DNA from: an uncultured delta proteobacterium
Lineage (GTDB): Bacteria > Desulfobacterota > Desulfuromonadia > Geobacterales > DSM-12255
DNA length: 64,000 nucleotides
Assembly (NCBI GenBank): GCA_963787125.1
Contig: CAWBBV010000023.1
Location: 64,001 to 128,000, forward strand
Reading direction: 5' to 3'
Of the stretch, positions 10,437 to 20,610 are shown one piece after another (position 1 is the first letter of the stretch; each line of letters starts with the position of its first letter). Under the pieces are notes generated by a model. The model did no database searches, was not told the origin of the DNA, and saw nothing but the letters and a program-made list of their open reading frames with translations. The translations under genes were made by a program, and so were the position numbers.

Positions 10437-11582
10437 ATGACTATGGAAACCAAATTAGTTGGATCAACGGAAAGTGGACTTAAAATCAGAATTTACACCG
10501 TGCTGGCGGCAGTCTGCCTGCTGGTGCTGGCGACAGCGGGACTCGCCCGGGCAGTAACCCCCTGGTACGCTTCAATGGGTACCCATATTATCGTCATGAA
10601 GCCGGATGGTACGGTCTGGACTGTGGGCAATAACCAATACGGGCAGCTGGGCATGGGCAGCAGTATTGAGGAGAGTAATGAACCCGGCCAGGTACCAGGT
10701 ATCTACAACGTCGTCGCTGTTGCTGCCGGTCGGATGCATTCCGTGGCGCTGCGGCAGGATGGCACGGTCTGGGCCTGGGGTAATAATAAGTACGGCCAGT
10801 TGGGGGACGGTACCATTACGGACAGCTCAACTCCGGTGCAGGTCTTCGGGCTCAAGGATGTGATTGCAATTACCGCCGGCTATCGTCATGTGGCGGCGCT
10901 TAAAAAAGATGGCACTGTCTGGGCCTGGGGGAGTAATCACTCCGGTCAACTGGGGCAAGAGGGGAGCAGGTCTTTTCTTACACCGATTCAGGTCACGGAG
11001 TTAAAGGGGGTCACTGCTATCAGTGCCGGGTCGTTCCAGACGGCAGCTTTGAAGAGTGATGGTAGCGTCTGGACCTGGGGTTTCAACGGCTCCGGTCAAC
11101 TTGGTAGCGCCAACAGGGAAAGCAGCTACAATGTGCCGGGAAAAGTGGCTGAACTGGGCAATATCATTGCCATTACTGCCGGCAATAATCATATGGCGGC
11201 ACTAAAAAATGACGGTACCATCTGGGCCTGGGGGAGCAATATTGCCAGTCAGCTCGGTAATGACTCTGTCTATGAAGGCAGCCTGCATCCGATGAAGGTA
11301 AGCGGACTGACGGGTGTCAAGGATATTACCGCTAAAGTCAATCATACTTTTGCGTTGATGCAGGACGGTACGGTCATGGCCTGGGGCGATAGCAGCAGTG
11401 GTCAATGGGGGAACGGGATCGCGATGAATGGCAGTGCCGTCCCGGTGCAGATGCGCGGTGTCAGCGGTCTGATAGCTGTTGCGGCTATCGGCAATCCAAT
11501 GACGCTGGTTAAAAACGCAGAGGTTGCAGTTAGTGATGACCTCTCCAGAGCAGAAAATCTCCTGACCAAGGCAACCTGGTAA
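10437..11582 (+). CDS. Exported RCC1-repeat beta-propeller protein
   Basis: N-terminal hydrophobic segment; about six DGTVWAWGxNxxGQLG repeats. Confidence 0.9.
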   Translation: MTMETKLVGSTESGLKIRIYTVLAAVCLLVLATAGLARAVTPWYASMGTHIIVMKPDGTVWTVGNNQYGQLGMGSSIEESNEPGQVPGIYNVVAVAAGRMHSVALRQDGTVWAWGNNKYGQLGDGTITDSSTPVQVFGLKDVIAITAGYRHVAALKKDGTVWAWGSNHSGQLGQEGSRSFLTPIQVTELKGVTAISAGSFQTAALKSDGSVWTWGFNGSGQLGSANRESSYNVPGKVAELGNIIAITAGNNHMAALKNDGTIWAWGSNIASQLGNDSVYEGSLHPMKVSGLTGVKDITAKVNHTFALMQDGTVMAWGDSSSGQWGNGIAMNGSAVPVQMRGVSGLIAVAAIGNPMTLVKNAEVAVSDDLSRAENLLTKATW

Positions 11583-11621
11583 TCCCTGCAGCCGGGGTAC
11601 CAGCCAAAAAAGGATCGAATT

Positions 11622-11897
11622 ATGAAAATATTTATGGCGATTATTCTCTGCGCGCTCTTTACCGGCAGTGCTATGGCGGCTGATGTTTTTACCCTGCCCG
11701 CGTCAAAGGGGCAAGTCACCTTCCCTCACAAGAAGCATCAGGAGATGCTGAAAGATTGCATCAAGTGTCACGAAAAGGGCCCAGGTAAAATTGCGGAATT
11801 GGGGAAAACCTGGGCCCACAAGGTCTGCGTCGGCTGCCATAAAAGTACCAATAAAGGGCCGGTGCGCTGCGCAGATTGTCATATGGAACATAATTAG
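11622..11897 (+). CDS. PpcA-family triheme cytochrome c7
   Basis: Signal peptide, VTFPHKKH, three CxxCH (CIKCH, CVGCH, CADCH), GPGKI, AH motif. Confidence 0.9.
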   Translation: MKIFMAIILCALFTGSAMAADVFTLPASKGQVTFPHKKHQEMLKDCIKCHEKGPGKIAELGKTWAHKVCVGCHKSTNKGPVRCADCHMEHN

Positions 11898-11911
11898 GTC
11901 TGCTTTGTTTA

Positions 11912-11952
11912 GCGCTAATAATCCGTGTCCAGTGGGCACGGATTATTAGCGC
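11912..11952. terminator. Strong hairpin after the cytochrome gene
   Basis: GCGCTAATAATCCGTG...CACGGATTATTAGCGC inverted repeat. Confidence 0.6.
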
Positions 11953-12078
11953 AGTAAACGTCACCGCTTGAGCAACCCCGTCACCAAAACTGCCTAAAAG
12001 TAAAGCGCCCTGCCTTTTCTTCGCCAGTCCGAACAGATTAATTGCCAGTAAAACATTGTAAAATCAGCTGGTTATGGC

Positions 12079-12095
12079 TTGGCACGGCCGCTGCA
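12079..12095 (+). promoter_or_regulatory. sigma54 promoter of nifEN
   Basis: TTGGCACGGCCGCTGCA = GG-N10-GC; IHF-like AATCAGCTGGTTA at 12062-12074. Confidence 0.85.
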
Positions 12096-12140
12096 TCTCC
12101 TTTCATTAACAACAATGTTACGAAAAAGGCGGTGACTGTT

Positions 12141-14900
12141 ATGGCCAGACCAGATTATTACGATGCCCCGGAATGTGATATTGATCAGGCAAAAGGCGCC
12201 CCGAAGTTCTGCAAGAAATCAGAGCCGGGGGAAGGTACCGAACGCTCCTGCGCCTATGACGGCGCCCGGGTCGTGTTGATGCCGATAACTGATGTCATCC
12301 ATCTCGTTCATGGGCCGATTGCCTGTGCCGGTAACTCCTGGGATAATCGAGGGGCCCGCTCCAGCGGCGCGCAGCTCTACCGCCGTGGCTTCACCACCGA
12401 GATGCTCCAGAACGATGTCATCTTCGGCGGTGAAAAAAAGCTCTACAAAGCGATTCAGGAGCTCGCAGGCCGTTATCCCGAGGCCAAGGCGATTTTTGTT
12501 TATGCCACCTGTGTAACCGCCATGACCGGTGATGATATCGAAACTGTCTGCAAGGCTGCCGCGGAAAAGGTTGCTATCCCGGTTATTCCGGTCAATACCC
12601 CCGGTTTCATCGGTGACAAGAATATCGGCAACCGCCTCGCCGGTGAGATTCTTTTCAAGTATGTCATCGGCACGGCCGAGCCGGAGTCACTCGGGGAGTA
12701 TCCCATAAACCTCATCGGCGAGTACAATATCGCCGGTGATCTCTGGGGGATGCTGCCGCTCTTTGACCGTCTGGGAATCCAGGTGCTGTCCTGTTTCAGC
12801 GGTGACGCCAGGTTTGAGGAGCTCCGTTATGCCCACCGGGCAAAACTCAACGTCATTATCTGTTCCAAGTCCCTGACCAATCTTGCCAAAAAGATGCAGA
12901 AGAGCTACGGCATGCCTTATATCGAAGAGTCGTTCTACGGTCTGACCGACACCGCCAAGGCGCTACGGGACATCGCCCGCGAGCTGGACGACGCGGTCAA
13001 CGGCCTGGAAAAGCGGACGATGCAGGATCGGGTTGAGCGGCTTATAGCCGAGGAAGAAGAGAAATGCCGGGTTGCCATCGCCCCCTATCGGGCCAGGCTG
13101 ACCGGTAAAAGGTCGGTGCTGTTTACCGGCGGCGTCAAGACCTGGTCCATGGTCAATGCCCTGCGCGAACTGGGGGTGGAGATTCTGGCTGCCGGGACTC
13201 AGAATTCAACTCTCGAAGATTTTTACCGGATGAAAGCGCTGATGCACGCGGACGCCAAAATTATCGACGACACCAGCACCGCCGGTCTGCTGGCGGTTAT
13301 GTACGAAAAGATGCCTGATCTGATCGTTGCCGGTGGCAAAACCAAATTTCTTGCCCTGAAGACCAAGACTCCGTTTCTCGACATCAATCATGGCCGTTCC
13401 CACCCGTATGCCGGTTATGACGGCATGGTGGCTTTTGCCCGGCAGCTTGACCTGACAGTCAATAATCCGATCTGGCCGGTTCTGAACGGTAAGGCTCCCT
13501 GGGAGAAGTCTGCCGCTGAAGTGACTGCCGATCTGGCTTTTGCGAAAGCCCATGCTGAAAGACTTGAAGCGCAAGAGATGAAAGAGTCGCGGGTCAAAGT
13601 GCCGTTGAAAAGCGCCACCGTTAATCCGCAGAAGAACTCTCCCGCTCTTGGCGCCACCCTGGCCTATCTGGGGATCGACCAGATGCTGGGACTGCTCCAT
13701 GGGGCGCAAGGGTGCTCCACTTTTATAAGGTTGCAGCTATCGCGCCACTTTAAAGAGTCCATCGCTCTCAATTCCACCAGTATGAGCGAAGATACCGCCA
13801 TTTTTGGTGGCTGGGAGAACCTGAAAAAAGGGCTGGGGCGAGTGATGGAAAAGTTTCATCCGGGGGTGGTCGGCGTCATGACCTCCGGCCTGACCGAGAC
13901 CATGGGGGATGATGTCCAAAGCGCCATTGTCCAGTTCCGCCGGGAAAACCCCCAGTATGACGAAATTCCGGTGGTCTGGTCCTCAACTCCCGATTACTGC
14001 GGCTCCATGCAGGAAGGGTATGGGGCGACGGTGAAAGCGATTGTGGCAACTATTCCGGAAGGGGGGGAGCCGCTTGCCGGGCAGATCAACCTGTTGCCAG
14101 GTTGTCAATTGACTCCGGCGGAAGTGGAGGAGCTGAAAGAGATCTGCACCGCTTTCGGCCTTGAGCCGATCGTTATTCCTGATATCTCCTGCGCCCTCGA
14201 CGGCCATATTGATGCAACCGTTTCGGCGCTTTCTGTCGGTGGCATAACGGTTGAGCGGCTTAAATCCGCCGGGCGGAGCGTCGCCACCCTCTACGTCGGT
14301 GATTCTCTGGCTGATGCGGCGAAGCTCCTGGAGGAAAAGTTCGCGATTCCGGCTTACGGCTTTACCTCTGTCACCGGTCTGGCCGAGTCTGATCTGTTTA
14401 TGGCAACCCTGGCTGAAATCTCCGGAATGCCGGTGCCGCTGAAATTGCGCCGCTGGCGCAGCCGTCTCATGGATGCCATGGTGGATAGTCACTATCAATT
14501 CGGTCTGAAGAAGGTGGCTCTGGCGCTGGAAGCTGATCACCTCAAGGGGATGACCCGCTTTCTGGCCTCCATGGGGTGCGAAATTCAGGCAGCCGTTGCC
14601 GCCACCCGTACCAGGGGACTTGACGGGCTACCGTGTGATAATGTCTTTGTCGGTGATCTGGAAGATCTTGAAACTGCCGCTGCCGGAGCTGATCTGCTGG
14701 TGGCCAACTCAAATGGTCGCCAGGCAGCAGCAAAGCTGAAAATCGGCGCCCACCTCCGCACCGGCCTGCCGGTATTCGACCGGCTTGGCGCCCACCAGAA
14801 GATGTGGGTCGGCTATCAGGGGACGCTGAATCTGGTCTTTGAAGTGGCGAACCTGTTCCAGGCCAACGCCAAAGAGGCCCAGAAGCTGGCGCATAATTAA
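12141..14900 (+). CDS. nifEN: Fused FeMo-cofactor scaffold NifEN
   Basis: NifE half (CAYDGA, HGPIAC, ATCVTAMTGDD) fused to NifN half (NPQKNSPALGA, HGAQGC, LTETMGDD, GLPVFDRLG). Confidence 0.95.
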   Translation: MARPDYYDAPECDIDQAKGAPKFCKKSEPGEGTERSCAYDGARVVLMPITDVIHLVHGPIACAGNSWDNRGARSSGAQLYRRGFTTEMLQNDVIFGGEKKLYKAIQELAGRYPEAKAIFVYATCVTAMTGDDIETVCKAAAEKVAIPVIPVNTPGFIGDKNIGNRLAGEILFKYVIGTAEPESLGEYPINLIGEYNIAGDLWGMLPLFDRLGIQVLSCFSGDARFEELRYAHRAKLNVIICSKSLTNLAKKMQKSYGMPYIEESFYGLTDTAKALRDIARELDDAVNGLEKRTMQDRVERLIAEEEEKCRVAIAPYRARLTGKRSVLFTGGVKTWSMVNALRELGVEILAAGTQNSTLEDFYRMKALMHADAKIIDDTSTAGLLAVMYEKMPDLIVAGGKTKFLALKTKTPFLDINHGRSHPYAGYDGMVAFARQLDLTVNNPIWPVLNGKAPWEKSAAEVTADLAFAKAHAERLEAQEMKESRVKVPLKSATVNPQKNSPALGATLAYLGIDQMLGLLHGAQGCSTFIRLQLSRHFKESIALNSTSMSEDTAIFGGWENLKKGLGRVMEKFHPGVVGVMTSGLTETMGDDVQSAIVQFRRENPQYDEIPVVWSSTPDYCGSMQEGYGATVKAIVATIPEGGEPLAGQINLLPGCQLTPAEVEELKEICTAFGLEPIVIPDISCALDGHIDATVSALSVGGITVERLKSAGRSVATLYVGDSLADAAKLLEEKFAIPAYGFTSVTGLAESDLFMATLAEISGMPVPLKLRRWRSRLMDAMVDSHYQFGLKKVALALEADHLKGMTRFLASMGCEIQAAVAATRTRGLDGLPCDNVFVGDLEDLETAAAGADLLVANSNGRQAAAKLKIGAHLRTGLPVFDRLGAHQKMWVGYQGTLNLVFEVANLFQANAKEAQKLAHN

Positions 14901-14925
14901 AGGGTGGAAATTCTCTTGACCTGCT

Positions 14926-15555
14926 TCAGTTGACGCCGGCAGCTACCGGTATCAGGATTTCATTGCGCCGCATGAACCAGAGGGTGAAGGGGGGATTGTA
15001 ACGGGCCCAGACCGGTTCACCGCTAACGGTAAAGCGGTTATCTTTAACCCATTTTTCCAGCTTTTCTTTGTGGAGCAGATACTTCTCTTCACTCCAGGAG
15101 CCGGAATAGCGAACAACAGCCACCCGGCGGGCAGGAACCTGCCGCAGACTTATGTCCGGGTTATCAGGAGTCGGCAGAGTTTCCAGGGTGGATAATGCCG
15201 GCATCATGAAGCTGACCGCCCACTTTCCCTGTATTCTCTGCTGGCTGACCGGAGCGGTCATGGATATTTTCTCCCCCTGTTGTTCCTGGGATACAGGAGC
15301 TGTCATAGCGATCTTGCCGCGTGCTTTGTTGTCACCGGAGATGTAGCGAAACAGGGGCCTGAACGCCTTGTTGCCGGCACCCTCCAGATCTCCGTCAACA
15401 ATGATTTCAGCAAGAATCACCGCTGGGTACTCACGCAACTCGAAAGGCTCGTCGGTTCTTAAAACTTTGTAAGGGGCTTCTTCTGTTGACATGACAGGTA
15501 TCGCTCCTATGAGGATGAGAGAGGTTATCGCTATGACCAATCGTAGCAGTTTCAT
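14926..15555 (-). CDS. SOUL-family heme-binding protein
   Basis: EEAPYKV, ELREYP, FRPLFRYISG, IAMTAPV x2, YNPPFT...RRNE. Confidence 0.9.
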   Translation of the reverse strand: MKLLRLVIAITSLILIGAIPVMSTEEAPYKVLRTDEPFELREYPAVILAEIIVDGDLEGAGNKAFRPLFRYISGDNKARGKIAMTAPVSQEQQGEKISMTAPVSQQRIQGKWAVSFMMPALSTLETLPTPDNPDISLRQVPARRVAVVRYSGSWSEEKYLLHKEKLEKWVKDNRFTVSGEPVWARYNPPFTLWFMRRNEILIPVAAGVN

Positions 15556-15786
15556 TTGCAACCACCAGAAACCTTTCCGGGCAGATAGTGCCCGACGAAC
15601 CATTCATTGCCGTTATTATAGTTAAACAGTTCAGCGTCGGCCATTCCCCTCATAATCCCTCCCGTTTCTGTTAATTATAGCAGGTTATGATATAGTTCCT
15701 GAAATTTCATTAAGGATGCGGGTTAACCCGTTTCGCCTTGTCGTTTACTGCGTCTAAAACGTACTACGGAAAAAGGAGCAACAGCT

Positions 15787-16158
15787 ATGAATCTTTACGA
15801 ACTGTTTACCCATCCCGGACTGGGAGTTATGTCCACCTCCTCGCCGGATGGCAAAGTCAACAGTGCGGTCTATGCCCGGCCGCATGTCATCGATGAAACC
15901 ACACTGGTCTGGGGTATGACCGATAAGCGCAGCTATCAGAACCTGACCCGCAACCGGCAGGCAGCTTACCTGTTCAAGACCAGCGGCCCCGGTTTCAGCG
16001 GGGTGCGCCTGGGATTGGAGTTGATCAAGACCGAGGAGGCGGGTGAGCTGCTGCTGACCATCAAGGCAAACACCGATGAAATTGTCGGCCCGGGTGCCGG
16101 TGCCGCCGTGACCCATGCGGTCTGGTTTCGGATCACAGAGCTCCGGCCACTGATCTGA
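15787..16158 (+). CDS. Pyridoxamine 5'-phosphate oxidase-like FMN-binding protein
   Basis: MSTSSPDGKVNSAVYARP...SYQNLTRN pattern. Confidence 0.7.
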   Translation: MNLYELFTHPGLGVMSTSSPDGKVNSAVYARPHVIDETTLVWGMTDKRSYQNLTRNRQAAYLFKTSGPGFSGVRLGLELIKTEEAGELLLTIKANTDEIVGPGAGAAVTHAVWFRITELRPLI

Positions 16159-16171
16159 CCCGGGGGATCGT

Positions 16172-17347
16172 ATGAATATGCACATCAAAACCCTTATCGC
16201 CGGAGATATCGTTAGCAGCAATAAGCGTAAGCTGAAATTCACTGCTCTTGGTTTTGCTCTGTTTGCGATCACCTGTATTTCCTGGTCGTCGCATGTAGAA
16301 GCAGCTGAGCTGATAATCAGCATTGATAATCCACCGAACAGCGGGGCAGTGATTGCGATGCTGTTCAACTCCAAAAGTACGTTTGTCGATCTTCGTGATC
16401 CATTTAAGACCATCACTCTTCCGTCAGGGGGAACTAATCCCGGACGAATAAAGGATCTGATAGCCGGCGAATATGCGCTGGTCGTTTACCACGATGAGAA
16501 TGGCAATGGCCGCTTGGACGAGAACTTCATTGGTATCCCGAGTGAGCCCCTTGGTTTCTCGAACCGCTACTGGCCACAGGGGCCGCCCACATTTGCCAAT
16601 GCCGCGTTCAGGCTCGAAGCCGATGAAACTAAATCTATCAATGTCAAACTGCAGTCCGTATTTGGAAAGTCAGGCATACTTAGCTTGGGAGTAGGTGTAA
16701 TCTCGAATACGAGTCCATACCGTGATGCAAAAAGCTGGAATGTTATGCCCATTCCGGCGATCAGTTACATCGGTGACCGAATACAGGTTCTTGGTCTGAC
16801 TACCAACTGCAAAATCTTGGAGTGGAGTGATTTTTCACTGGCAGCGACTGCAAGCTACCGGTTTGGGGCCTATCGCGAGAAAGACAGCTCCTACCTGCAG
16901 GGTATGGGAAATCGCAAAGACACCATTTTGGGAGGGCTGGCATTGCGGTATAAATTGCCCGAGGGTTTCAAGCTTTCTGCAGGTTATGAGCATGATATAC
17001 TTGATCGAACAGGCGGCGGGATAGGGCTCTTAGGTTTGGAAAAGGCCTTTCAGCAGAACTTGCTGACGATTTCACCGAAAATTTCACTTAACTGGCTTAC
17101 CGATAAACTTGCTGACTACGAATACGGAGTGTCTGTTGCTCAAGCCCGTACGGACAGACCGGCATATCATCCAGGTGATGCAGTTAATCTCGAAGTCGGA
17201 GTTACCCTGTTTCGGGAACTTTATGAAAATTGGCAAATTATGCTTGGAAGCAGTGTTGTTTTCTTGTCCTCGAATCTAAAGGCCAGTCCGATTGTGGACC
17301 AGTCGCAACTACTCAATTTCTTTACAGCAGTCATTCGAAGGTTCTGA
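16172..17347 (+). CDS. DUF2141 domain fused to MipA/OmpV-family outer-membrane barrel
   Basis: GEYALVVYHDENGNGRLDENFIGIPSEPLGFSN (DUF2141); SPY...IP, YEYGVS, PAYHP, SPIVD and terminal Phe (MipA/OmpV). Confidence 0.75.
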   Translation: MNMHIKTLIAGDIVSSNKRKLKFTALGFALFAITCISWSSHVEAAELIISIDNPPNSGAVIAMLFNSKSTFVDLRDPFKTITLPSGGTNPGRIKDLIAGEYALVVYHDENGNGRLDENFIGIPSEPLGFSNRYWPQGPPTFANAAFRLEADETKSINVKLQSVFGKSGILSLGVGVISNTSPYRDAKSWNVMPIPAISYIGDRIQVLGLTTNCKILEWSDFSLAATASYRFGAYREKDSSYLQGMGNRKDTILGGLALRYKLPEGFKLSAGYEHDILDRTGGGIGLLGLEKAFQQNLLTISPKISLNWLTDKLADYEYGVSVAQARTDRPAYHPGDAVNLEVGVTLFRELYENWQIMLGSSVVFLSSNLKASPIVDQSQLLNFFTAVIRRF

Positions 17348-17407
17348 AGTGGTGACAAGATAATGAACGCTAAATTGTCACCGGCATAACAGGAGCGTCA
17401 TGACACT

Positions 17408-18313
17408 TCACGAGTCACTGCTGACGCAGTTGCGGCCGGACAGTTTGCTGCGGTACATCAGCGCGTCGACCCGCTTGATGAGGGATTCGACGGTATCGTC
17501 TGTCACTGCTTCGGTGGCGCCGACGGAGACGGTTATCTTTATGCGCTCTCCGTCTATATTCAGGGTTGAATGCTCGATGACCTGGCGGAAACGTTCGGCC
17601 GTGGTGCAGATATCCTCTTTGCCGACATTCATGATGATGGCAACGAACTCCTCGCCACCCCAGCGGCCGACCATATCGAATACCCGGCAGCATCCGGCCA
17701 TGGACTTGGCCACCATCTTCAGCGCTGCGTCACCGGTTTCATGGCCGTAATGATCGTTGATCTCCTTGAAGTGGTCGATATCGATGAAAAGCACACCGAA
17801 CCCCCATTCGAAGCGCGCCAGCTCTTCAAGCCGGGAGCGGAGTGTTACTTCCAGATAGCGGCGATTGGCGAGCTCGGTCAGGGGATCGAGGAACACCAGC
17901 TGCTGCAATTCTTCAATCTTCTCCTGGTCGGAACTTCGCCGGGAGTTGTCGCTGAAAATCTCCACTGCGCCGATGATCTTCTCCTGCTGGTCTCGAATTG
18001 GCGCAACCTTGACCTGAACCGGGACCCGGTGGCCGTCCCGATGGTGCAGATATACTTCGGCCTGCCGCTCCTCGCCGTCCAGCAGGGTTGCCGCCAATGG
18101 ACAGCCTTCAAGGCAGAGTAGTTTCCCTTTGGCATCGACATGACAGAGGATATTGTCCCTGCAGCTGCTCCCAATGACGTCGGTGGCAGAGAAGCCGCTC
18201 AGTCGCTCCGCCCCTCTGTTCCAGTAGGTTATAATCCGGTCATGGTCGACAAAGTAGACGCCGTCATACAGATTGTCGAGGAGTTTGCGGAAAAAACTCT
18301 GATTATGCCACAT
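17408..18313 (-). CDS. PAS-GGDEF diguanylate cyclase
   Basis: PAS (YWNRGAERLSG), DIDHFKEIND, RxxD I-site (RVFD), GGEEF. Confidence 0.92.
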   Translation of the reverse strand: MWHNQSFFRKLLDNLYDGVYFVDHDRIITYWNRGAERLSGFSATDVIGSSCRDNILCHVDAKGKLLCLEGCPLAATLLDGEERQAEVYLHHRDGHRVPVQVKVAPIRDQQEKIIGAVEIFSDNSRRSSDQEKIEELQQLVFLDPLTELANRRYLEVTLRSRLEELARFEWGFGVLFIDIDHFKEINDHYGHETGDAALKMVAKSMAGCCRVFDMVGRWGGEEFVAIIMNVGKEDICTTAERFRQVIEHSTLNIDGERIKITVSVGATEAVTDDTVESLIKRVDALMYRSKLSGRNCVSSDS

Positions 18314-18418
18314 AGTCCCTCCCGGTGGCTGTTCAACTACACATCCTTGATTTTAACGCTTCTCCACCATAATTGAAATAGACTATATCGGGACAGTTGA
18401 AGCTATATTTGAGGCTGT

Positions 18419-18479
18419 TTGACATCTCTCTTGATACTTTCTTGACATCAATCCCGTCCATCTTGACACCCTTTTGACA
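18419..18479 (+). promoter_or_regulatory. Direct-repeat operator (TTGAYA), predicted KdpE site
   Basis: TTGAYA hexamers at 18419, 18431, 18442, 18463, 18474; same layout as the kdp promoter. Confidence 0.65.
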
Positions 18480-18527
18480 TGAATTCGTCTACCGTAGAAG
18501 CGTAGACAAGTCATGCCTGAGGGGAAT

Positions 18528-20510
18528 ATGGACAATCAATCACCACAAGGATCGGTATCGCTGCTGCAGAAGATAGTCCGTGCCGTGATGGGCGCACCCA
18601 AGCATCTCAAGGATCCCCAGCTGTTTCACAAAATCTCGCTGATCCCGATCCTGGCCTGGATCGGTCTTGGCGCCGACGGCCTGTCATCCTCGGCCTACGG
18701 CCCGGAAGAAGCTTTCCGCGCCTTGGGAGAGCACACTTATCTGGCGGTTTTTCTCGGTCTGGCCACTGCTCTGACCGTCTTTATCATCTCCTATGCCTAC
18801 TCGCGCATCATTGAGCATTTCCCCCATGGCGGCGGCGGTTACGTCGTCGCCACTCACATGCTGGGAGAAAAGGCCGGGGTGGTCTCCGGCAGCGCCCTGC
18901 TGGTGGACTATGTGATGACCATAACCATCTCCATTGCCTCCTGCTGCGACGCGATCTTCAGTTACATACCCCAGGGGTATCACCATTACAAGGTACCAGT
19001 GGCCTGTTTCCTGACTGTGGTCCTGATCATTCTCAACATCCGCGGGGTCAAGGAGTCGATCACTGTCATGGCCCCCATCTTCATGATCTTCGTCTCGACC
19101 CACCTGCTGATGCTGGTCTACGGGGTTTTCACCCATACCGACAAGTGCGGACCGCTGGTCTGCGATGTCCAGGCCGGCTTCAGCCACGATCTCTCCAGCA
19201 TCGGCATCTTCGGAATTCTGCTTCTTTTTGTACGGGCCTACTCCCTTGGGGGCGGTACCTATACCGGTATCGAGGCGGTCTCCAACGGCCTGCAGATCAT
19301 GCGCGAACCGAGAGTGCAGACCGGCAAACGGACCATGCTCTACATGGCCACCTCCCTGGCGTTCACCGCCGGGGTGCTGTTTCTCTGCTATGCACTGGTG
19401 GGGGTCAAGCCGGTGGAGGGGAAGACGCTTAACGCCGTCCTGGCCGACGGGCTGTTCAGCTCCTGGCCGATGGGAAACTGGATTTCCTTCATCACCATCT
19501 TCTCGGAAGGCGCCCTGCTGCTGGTGGCGGCCCAGGCCGGCTTCGTCGATGGACCGCGGGTCATGGCCAACATGGCCACAGATTCCTGGTTCCCGCACCG
19601 CTTTGCCGCCCTGTCGGTCCGCCTCACCATGCGCAATGGTATTCTCCTCATGGGAATCGCCGCTATTGCCCTGTTGTTCTACACCCACGGCTCGGTCTCG
19701 GCCTTGGTGGTCATGTACTCCATCAATGTCTTTATCACTTTCTCCCTATCCCAGCTGGGGATGTCGAAGTTTTTCATCCAGCGCCGAAAGGAAGATCCCC
19801 AGTGGGTTCGTCATCTCGGCGTCCACCTGTTGGGACTGGTACTCTGTGTTACCATTCTGACCATTACCGTGCTGGAAAAGTTCATGGAAGGGGGCTGGCT
19901 GACCCTGGTGATCACCTCGGTGGTGATAGGCCTCTGTTATCTTATCAAGGGTCATTATACAAGGGTCCGCGAGGGCTTTGCCGATCTGGACAATACACTG
20001 CTTGATGTGCCGATCAGCGACCATGGCGAGCCTCCCCCCATTGATCGCAATGCGGCGACCGCCATTCAGCTGGTCTCCGGCTACAGCGGCTTTGGCGTTC
20101 ATACCCTCTTTTCGATCCTGACCACTTTTCCCAAGACCTATAAAAACATTATCTTCGTTTCGGTGGCAGTGATCGACTCCGGCTCCTTCAAGGGGGCCGA
20201 AGAGATCGATGCCCTAGAGGAATCGATTAAGTCGGGTCTGGAAAAGTATGTGGCCCTGGCCCGCAAGCTCGGCTTTGCTGCTGACTACCGCATGGAGCTG
20301 GCCACCGATGTGGTTGAAAGCATCATCGAAGTTTGCAAGGATGTGGCCGTCACCTACCCCCGCTCCACCGTCTTCACCGGTCAGCTCACCTTTCGCCTGG
20401 AGAAGTTCTATCACCGCCTGCTCCACAACGAGACCGCCTTCGCCATCCAGCGCCGCCTGCAGTGGGACGGTCTGACCACAGTGATCATGCCGATCCGGGT
20501 GAGGACGTAG
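18528..20510 (+). CDS. APC-superfamily transporter, KimA/YdaO-like (probable K+ uptake)
   Basis: ADGLSSSAYGPEE, PHGGGGY, LLVDY, TGIEAVSNG; many TM segments plus soluble C-terminal domain; near kdp. Confidence 0.75.
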   Translation: MDNQSPQGSVSLLQKIVRAVMGAPKHLKDPQLFHKISLIPILAWIGLGADGLSSSAYGPEEAFRALGEHTYLAVFLGLATALTVFIISYAYSRIIEHFPHGGGGYVVATHMLGEKAGVVSGSALLVDYVMTITISIASCCDAIFSYIPQGYHHYKVPVACFLTVVLIILNIRGVKESITVMAPIFMIFVSTHLLMLVYGVFTHTDKCGPLVCDVQAGFSHDLSSIGIFGILLLFVRAYSLGGGTYTGIEAVSNGLQIMREPRVQTGKRTMLYMATSLAFTAGVLFLCYALVGVKPVEGKTLNAVLADGLFSSWPMGNWISFITIFSEGALLLVAAQAGFVDGPRVMANMATDSWFPHRFAALSVRLTMRNGILLMGIAAIALLFYTHGSVSALVVMYSINVFITFSLSQLGMSKFFIQRRKEDPQWVRHLGVHLLGLVLCVTILTITVLEKFMEGGWLTLVITSVVIGLCYLIKGHYTRVREGFADLDNTLLDVPISDHGEPPPIDRNAATAIQLVSGYSGFGVHTLFSILTTFPKTYKNIIFVSVAVIDSGSFKGAEEIDALEESIKSGLEKYVALARKLGFAADYRMELATDVVESIIEVCKDVAVTYPRSTVFTGQLTFRLEKFYHRLLHNETAFAIQRRLQWDGLTTVIMPIRVRT

Positions 20511-20525
20511 CAGTTTTGTTTAGTC

Positions 20526-20560
20526 CAAACCTCCGGGGTTTTTGAAACCTTGGAGGTTTG
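20526..20560. repeat. REP-like palindrome between convergent genes
   Basis: CAAACCTCCGGGGTTT-TTG-AAACCTTGGAGGTTTG. Confidence 0.5.
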
Positions 20561-20610
20561 CCACACCAATTTTGATACGGATTGTGGGTTAAGCCTGAAG
20601 TGATCTGTGT

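Noticed and set aside
17408..18313. Hypr GGDEF (cGAMP synthase) feeding the nearby riboswitches
   Set aside because: The specificity residue is Asp (GHETGD), not Ser/Thr, so it is predicted to be a canonical c-di-GMP synthase
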